Assembly (NCBI GenBank): GCA_963790825.1
Contig: CAWBPM010000002.1
Span: 231,159-295,158 of the forward strand
DNA length: 64,000 nucleotides
Source of the DNA: Candidatus Levyibacteriota bacterium
GTDB lineage: Bacteria > Patescibacteriota > Microgenomatia > Levybacterales > UBA12049
Reading direction: 5' to 3'
Shown in pieces: positions 17,523 to 28,050 of the stretch. The notes below the pieces were generated by a model. The model saw nothing but the letters and a program-made list of their open reading frames with translations. It did no database searches and had not been told where the DNA came from. The first letter of the stretch is position 1, and each line of letters starts with the position of its first letter. The position numbers and the translations under genes are program-made.

Positions 17523-18641
17523 TTACTTTGGCTTAGAGAGGATTTCGCGGTATACTTTCTCGTATTCGTCAACCATCCGTTCGACGCTAAAGTATTTCTC
17601 AACATGTTCCCGGCAGTTTTTCCGCATTTGCCGGTATTCCTCTTCCGGCATTGAGTACATCCGCTCTACCGCCTCGCAAAGCCCCTCAATGCCAGTTTTT
17701 TTAACAATATAATCCGTTCTCTGATAGTCGGCTGATTGGTTAACCAGAAACCCGTTGATGCCGTCCTGTATTAACTCGGGCATAGAACCGCGCGCATAGG
17801 CAATCACCGGTGTTCCGCAAGCCATTGCTTCGGCTACCACCAAACCAAACGGTTCTTCCCATTGCACCGGGAATAAAAAGTACCTGGTTGAAGCCAATAA
17901 TTCATTTTTCATCTTAAAACTTAGCTCGCCTACAGTTTCCATCTTTTGACTGGTAGAAATTTTACCCATTACTTCAGCAAAGTAAGCCTCTTCCATGTCG
18001 TCTTTGTCTCCGGCTATCTTCAAAGGTTTGTTATATTTTTCAGCCACATACATAATTTCATCCAGGCCCTTACCTTTAGATATACGCCCCAGGTAAAAAA
18101 GGTAATCATCTTTTGCTGTTTCCTCGAAGGAAAAATCTTTTACCGGAATTCCATTATAAATATTGGTCAGAATTTTTATTTGTTTTGACTCAAGAATATG
18201 CTTCTGATTTAAAGACAGAGAGATTAAGTAATGTCCTTTGACTGTTTTTTTATAAATCTCATTGGCGTAATCCGACAGGGGATTATTATGAAGAGTCGTA
18301 ACAATCGGATTTTCAAATACTTCGCTGAAAAGCAAGGTTCTCCAAACCAGATGGTTTACTATAATGTCCTCCGGGCTGTTAATCAGCTGCCTGATGTGGG
18401 GAATCGCTTTTACTTTTGACAGATCCTTAACTTTTTTGTTCATATCACTGAAAGAGTCCAGATGTTTATCTATTACCGGGATCAGCCGGGCTGAAGTTTT
18501 TGAATCTCCGGAAGCAAGCAATATCACCTCGTGTCCCTTTTTTATAAGACCTTCCGTCAGGTAAGAGACAATTTTATTTACTCCTCCGCCGCCATCGATA
18601 CTGACAGGTTTTGTTAATTCCGCCAAAAATATTAATCTCAT
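17523..18641 (-). CDS. GT4 glycosyltransferase
   Basis: TTLH, IYNGI, LGRI..KG, EPFGLVVAEAMACGTPVI. Confidence 0.92.
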   Translation of the reverse strand: MRLIFLAELTKPVSIDGGGGVNKIVSYLTEGLIKKGHEVILLASGDSKTSARLIPVIDKHLDSFSDMNKKVKDLSKVKAIPHIRQLINSPEDIIVNHLVWRTLLFSEVFENPIVTTLHNNPLSDYANEIYKKTVKGHYLISLSLNQKHILESKQIKILTNIYNGIPVKDFSFEETAKDDYLFYLGRISKGKGLDEIMYVAEKYNKPLKIAGDKDDMEEAYFAEVMGKISTSQKMETVGELSFKMKNELLASTRYFLFPVQWEEPFGLVVAEAMACGTPVIAYARGSMPELIQDGINGFLVNQSADYQRTDYIVKKTGIEGLCEAVERMYSMPEEEYRQMRKNCREHVEKYFSVERMVDEYEKVYREILSKPK

Positions 18642-19342
18642 AAATTACTGTTTAACCACAATTTTTCTTTTCTCTTTTGCTTTTCCAGCTGTTTCTCATA
18701 ATAAGCTATTTTTTCCTTATCTCCCGATAGTTTATATTTTTTAAGATTATCCAGGATAATTTGTTTATAAATACGTAAATGTTTTTCCTGGACTTGGACC
18801 GATTTCCTGTGATCGATATAGATTTTTTTGTCGTTAATTTGTTTAATATTTTTTAGCCCTTGTACTTTTTCGTGCACTTCATGAATATAATAGCCGTAGC
18901 GTTTAAACAGTACTGTTTTAAATAATGCTTCGACAAACCGTTCATCAGCATAATTATTCCAGATAAACGAATACCCGTCAAAGGCTTTTGATTTGCATAA
19001 CCCAGCCAAACTTTGGCTCAGAGCAGGAGAACATCTCTCGTCCGCATCAAGCATAAAAATCCAATCGTTTTTTGCTTTACTTATGGCGAAATTCCGTTGT
19101 GCGCCATAGTTGCCCTCGAGTAGCCGTTGATAAACCGGAAGATTATTTTTCTTACAAATGTCGAGGGTTTTATCTGTACTAAATCCGTCAATCACGACAA
19201 TCTCCGAAACCCCGGACTTAATAGAATCAATAGCTCCCTGAAGATTGTGTTCTTCGTTAAAAGTTAGAATACAAGCCGAGATCATATTTTTATAGATAAC
19301 CGATTTCTCTTTATTTCCCGTTCCCATTTCCATTATTCCCAT
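18638..19342 (-). CDS. GT2 glycosyltransferase
   Basis: ILTFNEE, IDGFSTDKT, QRNFAI, LDADE, VHE; probable start at MISAC. Confidence 0.9.
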   Translation of the reverse strand: MGIMEMGTGNKEKSVIYKNMISACILTFNEEHNLQGAIDSIKSGVSEIVVIDGFSTDKTLDICKKNNLPVYQRLLEGNYGAQRNFAISKAKNDWIFMLDADERCSPALSQSLAGLCKSKAFDGYSFIWNNYADERFVEALFKTVLFKRYGYYIHEVHEKVQGLKNIKQINDKKIYIDHRKSVQVQEKHLRIYKQIILDNLKKYKLSGDKEKIAYYEKQLEKQKRKEKLWLNSNL

Positions 19343-20615
19343 TTTTAAACGGGGTTGGTATTTGCTTTTTCTCTATCAGTATTCTGCCGGTCACGATCTC
19401 GGGATTGAGGTAATTTAACTTACGATAAAGAATGGTTCTATACCTGGTCTCTATGATTTTAGCTGAAAGATCCCAGTGAAACTTTCTTAATACCCGTTTT
19501 CTGCCTGATTCACCCATTTCCAGAGCCAGTTTTTTATTTTGAATAAGACGAACGACATATTTTGCGAAAGAGGGAAGATCATGCTGGTTATTTACCAGGT
19601 AACCATCGACACGGTTACGTACGACAAAGGGAATTCCCCCGATATTTGTCGCCACCACGGGAAGTTTATTGTATAAACCCTCAGCCAGAGTAATTCCGAA
19701 GGCCTCATAGGAAGTCGGAGCTAAAAGTACATTCGCGTTTTTCAGAAAAGTTGTTTTTTCTATGTTATTTAAAAAACCGGCAATAGTTATGTTATTTGCA
19801 ATGCCTATTTTCTTTGCATGATGGAACAATTTAGTAAATGTTTCCTCATTATAATATCCTGCTAGCAGGAGATGGGTATTACTGTCAAGTTTATGGACTA
19901 ATTTGAAAACATCCAGTGCAATCGTGGCTCCTTTCCTTTCGGTTGTCAGTCTGCCAAAGAAAAGAACATATTTCCTGTCTTTGGGTATTTTATATCTTTT
20001 GAGCAGTTTTTCCCATGACATGTGCTTACTTAGTGACGCGCGGTCAATTCCGTTCGGCGCTACGACTACCTTTGCTTTGGGAATTTTTCCCTCTTTAATG
20101 AGTGTCAGCCGTTCTTGTTCGGAGACTGCGAAAATACGATCGCATTCACGAAGCATCATCTTATGAACTGTAAATTGCGTGGCTTTCCAAACGCGCGATT
20201 TCCAAGCTTCCGGATATGACCACCAGGGATGAAAATGAGGAGTATAAAAAACAGGTACCCCAAGAAATTTGGCTGCGATGAGCGATTCCGTATTAACCTG
20301 GTAGTTGAAATGATGAACGTGAATGATATCGGGATTTAATTTAGCCAAATAAACCGCCAGCTTGGGAATTTGCGGATATTCATAAATTAAGCCGGTTAAA
20401 GCGTGGGGAAGTGTTACGACTCTTAAGTTTTTTATATTACGAAATCGGCGAAGAATCAGAGGAGATCCTGACTCGGTATAATCTGAAGAAACAATATAGA
20501 CCTTGTGTCCTTTTTTACACAAGTAACGACTGATTTGCAAAATATGCTCTTCAATTCCCCCTCCATCCAGGATGCGCGGCGTAACCATTGCTATTTTCAT
20601 AGTCTTAGTCGCCAA
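19311..20615 (-). CDS. GT4 glycosyltransferase
   Basis: GGIEEH, PDIIHVH, PNGID, YEAFGITLAEG..PVVATNIGG. Confidence 0.92.
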   Translation of the reverse strand: MATKTMKIAMVTPRILDGGGIEEHILQISRYLCKKGHKVYIVSSDYTESGSPLILRRFRNIKNLRVVTLPHALTGLIYEYPQIPKLAVYLAKLNPDIIHVHHFNYQVNTESLIAAKFLGVPVFYTPHFHPWWSYPEAWKSRVWKATQFTVHKMMLRECDRIFAVSEQERLTLIKEGKIPKAKVVVAPNGIDRASLSKHMSWEKLLKRYKIPKDRKYVLFFGRLTTERKGATIALDVFKLVHKLDSNTHLLLAGYYNEETFTKLFHHAKKIGIANNITIAGFLNNIEKTTFLKNANVLLAPTSYEAFGITLAEGLYNKLPVVATNIGGIPFVVRNRVDGYLVNNQHDLPSFAKYVVRLIQNKKLALEMGESGRKRVLRKFHWDLSAKIIETRYRTILYRKLNYLNPEIVTGRILIEKKQIPTPFKNGNNGNGNGK

Positions 20616-20733
20616 TTCTAACTCAATTGTCTGAGTAAGTAAAGCATCTACTATTTATCAGGAAAAGTAAAGTAAGAGAAGAACTAGAGGATGATAAATT
20701 ATTATGTGTTTAACGGCTATATAACCGTGCAAT

Positions 20734-21807
20734 TCATCCTACTCTTTCTTTCTTTCTACAGAACAATACTACCGGAATTGCCAGAGAAGTAGCAGCTACT
20801 ACGATCGCGGCATCTTCGGATACGACCGCTCCAAAATTTGCCTGGTTTATTTCACGGGACAACTCACCCACGCGATCTACGTATTGATGCTGGTTTACGG
20901 GAATTTGTTCTTCAATTCTTTTAATTTGTTTTACCAGGGACTCTGCTTGTTGACCTGTAACTTTAGTGCCTTGGGAAATTTGATCCACAATTCCCATCAG
21001 ATCATCGGCGGACTTCTCATGATTTAAAGAATCTGAACCGGGAAAATCTGACACTGCTGCCTCGATATCCATGACAGCAGAGGTACCATCGTGGCTACTG
21101 GTAAGAGCACTTTGTGCATTATCCAAATTTTCAAAAACATTCTCCGCCAGTTGGGCTGTCATGGGACTGGGTAAGGAAGCTCGCTGATTTGCCAGATTTA
21201 CTGCAGTTTCGTGTGCAAGCATTGTGCCGCCGGTAAGGCTTAGTGCCAAACCGCTTGCAAGCACCACTTTTCCGGGAACACTATGGAGAAGTACATTCGC
21301 AGTTCGTTCCGGTAATGATAGCGTGTCACTCCATGCCTCTCTCCGGCTAAGAGCCCAACTTTTTGCTTTTTCGCAGGCAGCTCGTGTCAGCGATTCTTTA
21401 TTTCTCAACATTATTTCACTGGAAAGTAGGGCTGCCTCAATATTACGCCGATCTACAAAAAGCTTTAATCGCGGTTGTAATGATTCCTGATTATAAAAAT
21501 ATTTAACAACATCTCCTGCCAATCGTGTTTCCCTGGATGTCGGCATTTCAGTGGGTATTTGCAGATATTTCTCTGCTTCCGGCAATCTTTCCCAATCTTC
21601 AGGCTTTGTATTTAGGTAGTTAAGCAAATTTGCGGCATGATATAGTTCTCCAACCTCCGCACCGCTAACACCTTTAAGATGCTTATCCGTTTCAAATAAG
21701 TGAAACAAAACACTGACTGTACTGGTTAACTCAACACTTGTCGGAGGGCGATCTGAAAAACGTTGTTCTTTGTGTCTTCGATTTTTAAAAATTTCACTTT
21801 TACTCAT
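20734..21807 (-). CDS. Hypothetical two-TM protein, paralog of 21907..22989
   Basis: Shared blocks with the neighbour (e.g. DRRNIEAAL, FPGS, KVTGQQAESL). Confidence 0.7.
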   Translation of the reverse strand: MSKSEIFKNRRHKEQRFSDRPPTSVELTSTVSVLFHLFETDKHLKGVSGAEVGELYHAANLLNYLNTKPEDWERLPEAEKYLQIPTEMPTSRETRLAGDVVKYFYNQESLQPRLKLFVDRRNIEAALLSSEIMLRNKESLTRAACEKAKSWALSRREAWSDTLSLPERTANVLLHSVPGKVVLASGLALSLTGGTMLAHETAVNLANQRASLPSPMTAQLAENVFENLDNAQSALTSSHDGTSAVMDIEAAVSDFPGSDSLNHEKSADDLMGIVDQISQGTKVTGQQAESLVKQIKRIEEQIPVNQHQYVDRVGELSREINQANFGAVVSEDAAIVVAATSLAIPVVLFCRKKERVG

Positions 21808-21906
21808 AATAAGCTTAGAGTATAGCTGAACAGCTACAAAAAGTAAATGAACCTCCTGGTCTTACCGTCGCCTTTCCGTCCTCACTTCAAACCAGAACTG
21901 TAAAAT

Positions 21907-22989
21907 TTATCCGTTTTTTCTTCTTTTTGATTGCGAAAAATCCTTAAGAAAGTCTACGCCTAAAGTTCCTGCCAGAAGCGAAATTAAAAGTAGCCCAAAT
22001 GCCCCCGAATTCGCGTTTAGAATCTGGACATCCAGGTCATATGCCTGACGATAATATGCACTTTGACTGTCTTTGATTTGCTTCTCAACATTTGCAATTT
22101 GGCCCGTAAGAGAAGCTGCTTGTTGACCGGTTATTTTCCCATGCGAAGAAATTTGCCGCTCAATTTGCATAAGATCATTAGTAACCGGGGATGAACCGGG
22201 AAAATTTACAGCTGCGTCCTGAGTAGCAATGCTGGCAAGATCAGCACTGGGATTAAAATTTACAGCCCCACAAGTTTGTGGCTTAAGTGCGCAAACTGCA
22301 CTGTCCAGATCCGCTAGGGCATAGTCTTGGGCAGTTATTGCCGGGGTTATTTGGCTAGCTACTTGATTAATAAGCGTTTGCATATTGTTGCATTCTGCGA
22401 TAGAGCCGTAAAAACTGGCACCTGCTACAATTATGGAGGCAACGGCTCGTTTGGGAGTTATAGACAGAAGCGTCCCCGCCGTTTGTTTGGGAAAATCTAA
22501 GGCCTGTTGTATTCGTTGTCTACGGACTATAGCCGAATTCGCTTTTCTCACCTCTTCCGCTCTTGCCATCTCCTCCTTGACTGACAATTCCTGCTTTCGT
22601 GAGCATAATGCCGCTTCTATATTTTCCCGATCAAAAAGCGGAAAGGCATTAATTTCCGCGTCAGTCGATAAAACATAGCCCAAAACTTTTTCACTGGTTT
22701 TAACCGCTTCAAGCGTCGGATTAATATCAGGAACTTGTATATGCTGTAAATCCGCAGGCAGTCTATGCCATTCCTCGTTTGTTACCGGATATACCCGGTC
22801 AAAAGTTCTGTTCGCCCCGCCATATAATCCTTCCCAGTCCGAAGTTGTAAGGCGTTTATCCGTAGTAAGTAAATTATAATAAGTTCCGACAGCAGTTTCT
22901 AAATCATCCATAGTAGGAAACTTAGAAGAGAGAGAAGGGAAATTTTCACCCGGCTTTAGATTAGGACCGGCGCTTGGTATCTCGACCAT
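21907..22989 (-). CDS. Hypothetical two-TM protein, paralog of 20734..21807
   Basis: DRENIEAAL, FPGS, KITGQQAASL. Confidence 0.7.
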   Translation of the reverse strand: MVEIPSAGPNLKPGENFPSLSSKFPTMDDLETAVGTYYNLLTTDKRLTTSDWEGLYGGANRTFDRVYPVTNEEWHRLPADLQHIQVPDINPTLEAVKTSEKVLGYVLSTDAEINAFPLFDRENIEAALCSRKQELSVKEEMARAEEVRKANSAIVRRQRIQQALDFPKQTAGTLLSITPKRAVASIIVAGASFYGSIAECNNMQTLINQVASQITPAITAQDYALADLDSAVCALKPQTCGAVNFNPSADLASIATQDAAVNFPGSSPVTNDLMQIERQISSHGKITGQQAASLTGQIANVEKQIKDSQSAYYRQAYDLDVQILNANSGAFGLLLISLLAGTLGVDFLKDFSQSKRRKNG

Positions 22990-23051
22990 ATTAAGCCTAA
23001 AGTATACTCGTATTTAAGCTAAAAGTAAACAAACTTTACATCACCAGACAA

Positions 23052-24026
23052 TCATTTGTTGTAAATACCTTTGGCATAATCCGGCAGTCCGCTAGCTATT
23101 TCGCGAAAAATGGCATCTGTAAATGATTTCGGCGTTACTTGTGTGGTTTCCTGAATACGAGCATAGAGATCTTCTATTTTTAACGGTAAGCCAAATTTTA
23201 CCTGTATTGGATTTACCTCCCGGGGATTCAGAGCGGAACGTATGCCTCTCAGCTTAAAAAAATTAGTATCCGGACTCCACACCCGGTACGATCCGTGTGT
23301 ACTGATCGGTATAAGCAAAACTTTATTATTCCTTTTTTTTGCAATTTCCATGATTAATTTAGCCGGTAATAGGCGGTCTTCCTCATGATTTTTATTGCTT
23401 TGTTTTACTGCACCCATACCGCAGATATTATTCCATACCGGATGTTTGGGATCTTTGTTTCTGCCTGCCTGAACCGAACCTTCGGGAAAAAAGAACAAAC
23501 CATAGCCCTCACCTGCGGCATGAAGTAATTGTCGCGCTATACCCAGATTATTTCCTTTCATCTGAAAATCATCATGGTCGCAGCTTCTCACCACGGGAAG
23601 TGTATATAAATTATGCCGTTCAAAATCGGGAGTCAGTAATTTATAAAATACCTCCAGGCCTTTTCCTTGGTCTCCGCGCTTGAGTGATGCTGCGATTGGT
23701 AAATAAAACCCTTTTAAGCCACCCCTGAGTGCCAGTATTTCCGCTTCTACAGCAGCTTCAGGACCGTTCAAATGTGCTTCATGATTCGATATACCAACAG
23801 GAACATATCCTGCTTTGACTGCGGGTTTATATACACCGTCAAATCCTTCTGCAAAGTGAAAGTCTGCTGTTTTTTCCACAAACGAATCCACCCAATCCAA
23901 GTCTGCTAACCTGTTTCCCATTTTTTCCAGACGCTTGTCGGTAAGAATACTGGTTGCTGCCCGCCATTTCCAGTCTACGATTTTTTTGGGCGGATATCTC
24001 TGTTGCGTTTCAATACATGTTGCCAT
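23052..24026 (-). CDS. PlsC-like (LPLAT superfamily) acyltransferase
   Basis: SNH block, FFPEG, IPIS..G, V.FG.P. Confidence 0.7.
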   Translation of the reverse strand: MATCIETQQRYPPKKIVDWKWRAATSILTDKRLEKMGNRLADLDWVDSFVEKTADFHFAEGFDGVYKPAVKAGYVPVGISNHEAHLNGPEAAVEAEILALRGGLKGFYLPIAASLKRGDQGKGLEVFYKLLTPDFERHNLYTLPVVRSCDHDDFQMKGNNLGIARQLLHAAGEGYGLFFFPEGSVQAGRNKDPKHPVWNNICGMGAVKQSNKNHEEDRLLPAKLIMEIAKKRNNKVLLIPISTHGSYRVWSPDTNFFKLRGIRSALNPREVNPIQVKFGLPLKIEDLYARIQETTQVTPKSFTDAIFREIASGLPDYAKGIYNK

Positions 24027-24140
24027 ACAGTCGAGATTATACTAGATCTTAACCTTCGTTTCCAGACACGGATTATATTTTAACAAGCAAGTTGAAAAGT
24101 GTGTATTGACGATTATTTTTCGTACTACTAAGATATAAGT

Positions 24141-25997
24141 ATGCCCAAGTTTCATCTCGTTCAGCGAAAGATTAAACTTACTTCCGGTAAAAAATTGAGG
24201 ATAACCAGTATCCTGACACTGCTCTTTTTGCTGGCAATAATTCCCCTGACTGTTTCAATACTTGAAAAACAGCAGGAAATTCGTCAACACGCTGCCACTT
24301 CAACGGGTTGGTGGTTACGGGATATGGGAATGACGGCTGTTACTCATGATACGGTTTGTAATCAGGAAAGCCAAGCAAATATGACACGACTGGTCAGTTA
24401 TATTCCTCAGTTTCACGCTAACTTTGCTTCCGACGATGTGCCGCTCGATGGTTCTGGCAGCTATAATTGCACATTCGGACAGGGAAACGCACCGCTCCAG
24501 CCGTATCAGTATATGCTCAACTGGGCAAATACCATCCACGGGGCAGGACTGCACGTTATTTATCGGGGCAATTGGAATAATTTCGCCGGAGATTATGGAC
24601 AAGCAAAACTTTCATACAGCACCAGCCCTGCCATTTCATATGAATCCCCAGGCGGACTGTCTGCAGTATTAAATGGTACCGATACTACCAGTTATATCGG
24701 AAGAACATATCAATGGATTTTGAATCATCCGGGTATCTTTCAGGATGGCGACGTTTGGGAACCTTTCGGCGAGCCGCAAAATAACGGTATTACCAATGGT
24801 CCGGCAGGTACCTCGGCTGCGAATTGTCCTAAGAGTATTTGTCAATTTCCCTCCACTGCAGCTTTTAATCAGTGGTTAAGTGATTTCAGCCAAGCCGACC
24901 AGACAGCTTTTCGAGCAATTGGTAAAAATGTTACTTCAGGTTGGTTTGGTCTTGCCGGTGATTCATATACTTATGTCACTCCTTTGGCTATGAGCTACAG
25001 CAGCGCCTATAATATGGACCATTTTGCTCAGAGCTACAGCAACTTTACCAGTTTGATTGTGGATAGTCATAATGCGTTTCCCAACCTGCCCATGACTTTG
25101 GAGTGGGGAGATATTAATAGTGCCGACAATACGCCCCAGTTAGTTGCTAATACCACTGATCAGTATCTTGGTTGGCTGGTTCAACAATCCTATGTTAGCG
25201 GGTTTGAATACTGGTACGAATCAGGACAAGGTGCAGGAGCACAGTCTGCAGCAGTAGATTTTAATACCGGTCAAATGACTCCTGCCGGACAGATTGTAGA
25301 GAAATATTTTGCTATGGAAGAAACAAGTACTACTCCGACTCCTACAACTCTTGTGACACCGACATTTACTCCCACCCCAACTCCTAAACCAACCAGTAGT
25401 CCTACTCCATCTGTAATGCCCAGTGCAACTCCGACTCCTACTCCGCTACCGGGTACTACCACTCTCTCCTTCCCGGGTATTCTTCTGCACGGAATAGGCT
25501 CAGCCGGAGACTCGGTTGCCCCGGGAACTTCGGGGAATACAAGTCCTCTGACTCCCAATCGTACACTAAGCGTACAGGTAGTAAACGCAAGTAACGTTCT
25601 TGTTACTACTCTTTCAGGAACAATTACCTATTCTCCCTCCAGCGGGGGATTCTCAGGAAGTGTCAGTCTGGGAAGTACTGTTCCAACCGGTTCCTACTTA
25701 GTAAAGGTAAAGACTGATAAGTACCTGGTAAAACAACTCCCCGGTATTATTACACTTACTCAAGGACAAACTACTACCATTCCCCCTGTTTCTCTTATCG
25801 TAGGAGACATCAATAACGACAATACACTTAATATCCTGGACTACAATATACTCCTTGGTTGCTACTCAGACTTCCTTCCTCCTACCAGTTGTCCCGGAAC
25901 TAACGGAAAAGAGAGTGACCTTAACGATGACGGATCAGTCAATGCCTCTGACTACAACCTCTTCCTGAGAGAACTGTCTGTACAAAGTGGAGAGTAG
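24141..25997 (+). CDS. TM-anchored putative glycoside hydrolase (clan GH-A-like) + P/T linker + Ig-like + dockerin
   Basis: WEPFGEPQN and MTLEWG candidate catalytic Glu; dockerin repeats GDINNDNTLNILDY and DLNDDGSVNASDY. Confidence 0.65.
   Translation: MPKFHLVQRKIKLTSGKKLRITSILTLLFLLAIIPLTVSILEKQQEIRQHAATSTGWWLRDMGMTAVTHDTVCNQESQANMTRLVSYIPQFHANFASDDVPLDGSGSYNCTFGQGNAPLQPYQYMLNWANTIHGAGLHVIYRGNWNNFAGDYGQAKLSYSTSPAISYESPGGLSAVLNGTDTTSYIGRTYQWILNHPGIFQDGDVWEPFGEPQNNGITNGPAGTSAANCPKSICQFPSTAAFNQWLSDFSQADQTAFRAIGKNVTSGWFGLAGDSYTYVTPLAMSYSSAYNMDHFAQSYSNFTSLIVDSHNAFPNLPMTLEWGDINSADNTPQLVANTTDQYLGWLVQQSYVSGFEYWYESGQGAGAQSAAVDFNTGQMTPAGQIVEKYFAMEETSTTPTPTTLVTPTFTPTPTPKPTSSPTPSVMPSATPTPTPLPGTTTLSFPGILLHGIGSAGDSVAPGTSGNTSPLTPNRTLSVQVVNASNVLVTTLSGTITYSPSSGGFSGSVSLGSTVPTGSYLVKVKTDKYLVKQLPGIITLTQGQTTTIPPVSLIVGDINNDNTLNILDYNILLGCYSDFLPPTSCPGTNGKESDLNDDGSVNASDYNLFLRELSVQSGE
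25374..25997 (+). repeat. 624-bp linker/Ig-like/dockerin coding module, copy 1
   Basis: Nearly identical at DNA level to 27372-27995 and 29092-29715. Confidence 0.95.
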
Positions 25998-26015
25998 TAT
26001 ACTTATTATATATGT

Positions 26016-27995
26016 ATGTGTTTACATATTATCTTTAAAAAAATAAAATTGACACCAGGCAAAAATATTCGCTTAATTTCGCTTGGATCTTTGGTTCTGT
26101 TTCTAATTGTACTGCCAATTCTTATTATTAGTTTACAAACACGCCAAACCATCCATCAATACGCAAGTACAGTGCCAAATCTTCCTGATACAACCAACGG
26201 TATTCATTTCGGGCTGCCGTTTAATGCATGGGTTCCAGTCGTCAATGGCGTATTTCAGGAACAACCTGCCGAATATGTATTTGGTGCGAATAATAATGGA
26301 GTAGCAAACGTACCCGGTACAGCTCTCTGGCATGAGATATACACACCTTGGCAGCGGGAGAATGACGATCAAGGTAATAACAGAAACCTGGCTTGGTTCC
26401 AGACAAACCATCCTGACTGGATCATGTACGGACCGGATAAGAAGACTCCGGCTACTTGGGAAGGAGATAATTGCTGCGTCGTCCTCGACTACGCGAATCC
26501 TACTGTTCAATCTTGGGTTACCGCTATTCTTATCCATTGGCTCGGTCACGGTTATAATGGGATTTCGATTGACAACAGCGTGGATGACAATCAAACCAAT
26601 GCCGTGGGCCACTACACCTTGCCTGGCATCTCAGGCGGCACCTGGGTTGCTCAATATTCAGGCACTGAGCCTGGGGATACTGCCTGGGCTGCGGCAAGTG
26701 AAACAGCGCTGACCAATATCATTACTGCCGTTAAAGCGCAGTATCCGAACATTTCAGTTACTGTTAACCAGAATTATGTCTACAATTATATCAATCAGGC
26801 TGGGTTTGAGCAAAGCTTTAATGTAGCTACCGGCACATTGGATGAGGGATATTTGTGGTGGGCGACAAAGAATGACAGTACTGCATGGCTCAACACGATG
26901 ACCGAGTACAGGCATATGCAACGTGATTTGGCTAAAAGTCTTTTTTTGATCAATGCTTCATCCTACACTATGACTACGAACATGACTACTTCAAGCATGA
27001 CTGCAAGGGCCGATGTACAGTTGGCATTGGCAAATTATCTGCTCATTAAGTATAACCACACTTATTTTTGGTTCGGGATGACAGGTGCAAGTGCTTCCTC
27101 GCCAGGACAGTACGGCCAACCAATAGCTATGCAGTCTGAATATAGCGCTCCAATCGGTTCGCCAATCAATGACTTCTACGCTTCGCAAAATGTCTACATG
27201 CGTAACTATACTAACGGATTGGCAATCGTCAATCCGGACACTAGCTCACATAGCTTAACCTTTCCCAGCGGACAATACAAGGATCTATACGGTAATGCAA
27301 TTACAACCTATACAATGCAATCCCATTCCGGTCTTATTTTACTGCTTACTTCTTCTCCAACTCCAACAAATACCCCAACTCCTAAACCAACCAGTAGTCC
27401 TACTCTATCTGTAATGCCCAGTGCAACTCCGACTCCTACTCCGCTACCGGGTACTACCACTCTCTCCTTCCCGAGTATTCTTCTGCACGGAATAGGCTCA
27501 GCCGGAGACTCGGTTGCCCCGGGAACTTCGGGGAATACAAGTCCTCTGACTCCCAATCGTACACTAAGCGTACAGGTAGTAAACGCAAGTAACGTTCTTG
27601 TTACTACTCTTTCAGGAACCATTACCTATTCTCCCTCCAGCGGGGGATTCTCAGGAAGTGTCAGTCTGGGAAGTACTGTTCCAACCGGTTCCTACTTAGT
27701 AAAGGTAAAGACTGATAAGTACCTGGTAAAACAACTCCCCGGTATTATTACACTTACTCAAGGACAAACTACTACCATTCCCCCTGTTTCTCTTATCGTA
27801 GGAGACATCAATAACGACAATACACTTAATATCCTGGACTACAATATACTCCTTGGTTGCTACTCAGACTTCCTTCCTCCTACCAGTTGTCCCGGAACTA
27901 ACGGAAAAGAGAGTGACCTTAACGATGACGGATCAGTCAATGCCTCTGACTATAACCTCTTCCTGAGAGAACTGTCTGTACAGAGCGGAGGATAA
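26016..27995 (+). CDS. TM-anchored putative glycoside hydrolase (GHL15-like TIM barrel) + P/T linker + Ig-like + dockerin
   Basis: HPDWIM, LDYANPTVQSW, GYNGISIDN, LANYLL, VYMRNYTNGLAIVNP; same C-terminal module. Confidence 0.65.
   Translation: MCLHIIFKKIKLTPGKNIRLISLGSLVLFLIVLPILIISLQTRQTIHQYASTVPNLPDTTNGIHFGLPFNAWVPVVNGVFQEQPAEYVFGANNNGVANVPGTALWHEIYTPWQRENDDQGNNRNLAWFQTNHPDWIMYGPDKKTPATWEGDNCCVVLDYANPTVQSWVTAILIHWLGHGYNGISIDNSVDDNQTNAVGHYTLPGISGGTWVAQYSGTEPGDTAWAAASETALTNIITAVKAQYPNISVTVNQNYVYNYINQAGFEQSFNVATGTLDEGYLWWATKNDSTAWLNTMTEYRHMQRDLAKSLFLINASSYTMTTNMTTSSMTARADVQLALANYLLIKYNHTYFWFGMTGASASSPGQYGQPIAMQSEYSAPIGSPINDFYASQNVYMRNYTNGLAIVNPDTSSHSLTFPSGQYKDLYGNAITTYTMQSHSGLILLLTSSPTPTNTPTPKPTSSPTLSVMPSATPTPTPLPGTTTLSFPSILLHGIGSAGDSVAPGTSGNTSPLTPNRTLSVQVVNASNVLVTTLSGTITYSPSSGGFSGSVSLGSTVPTGSYLVKVKTDKYLVKQLPGIITLTQGQTTTIPPVSLIVGDINNDNTLNILDYNILLGCYSDFLPPTSCPGTNGKESDLNDDGSVNASDYNLFLRELSVQSGG
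27372..27995 (+). repeat. 624-bp linker/Ig-like/dockerin coding module, copy 2
   Basis: Direct DNA comparison with copies 1 and 3. Confidence 0.95.
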
Positions 27996-28050
27996 GTAAT
28001 TAGGATAGCCTTGACACTCTTCTTAGTAATACACTACTATTTATATAATT

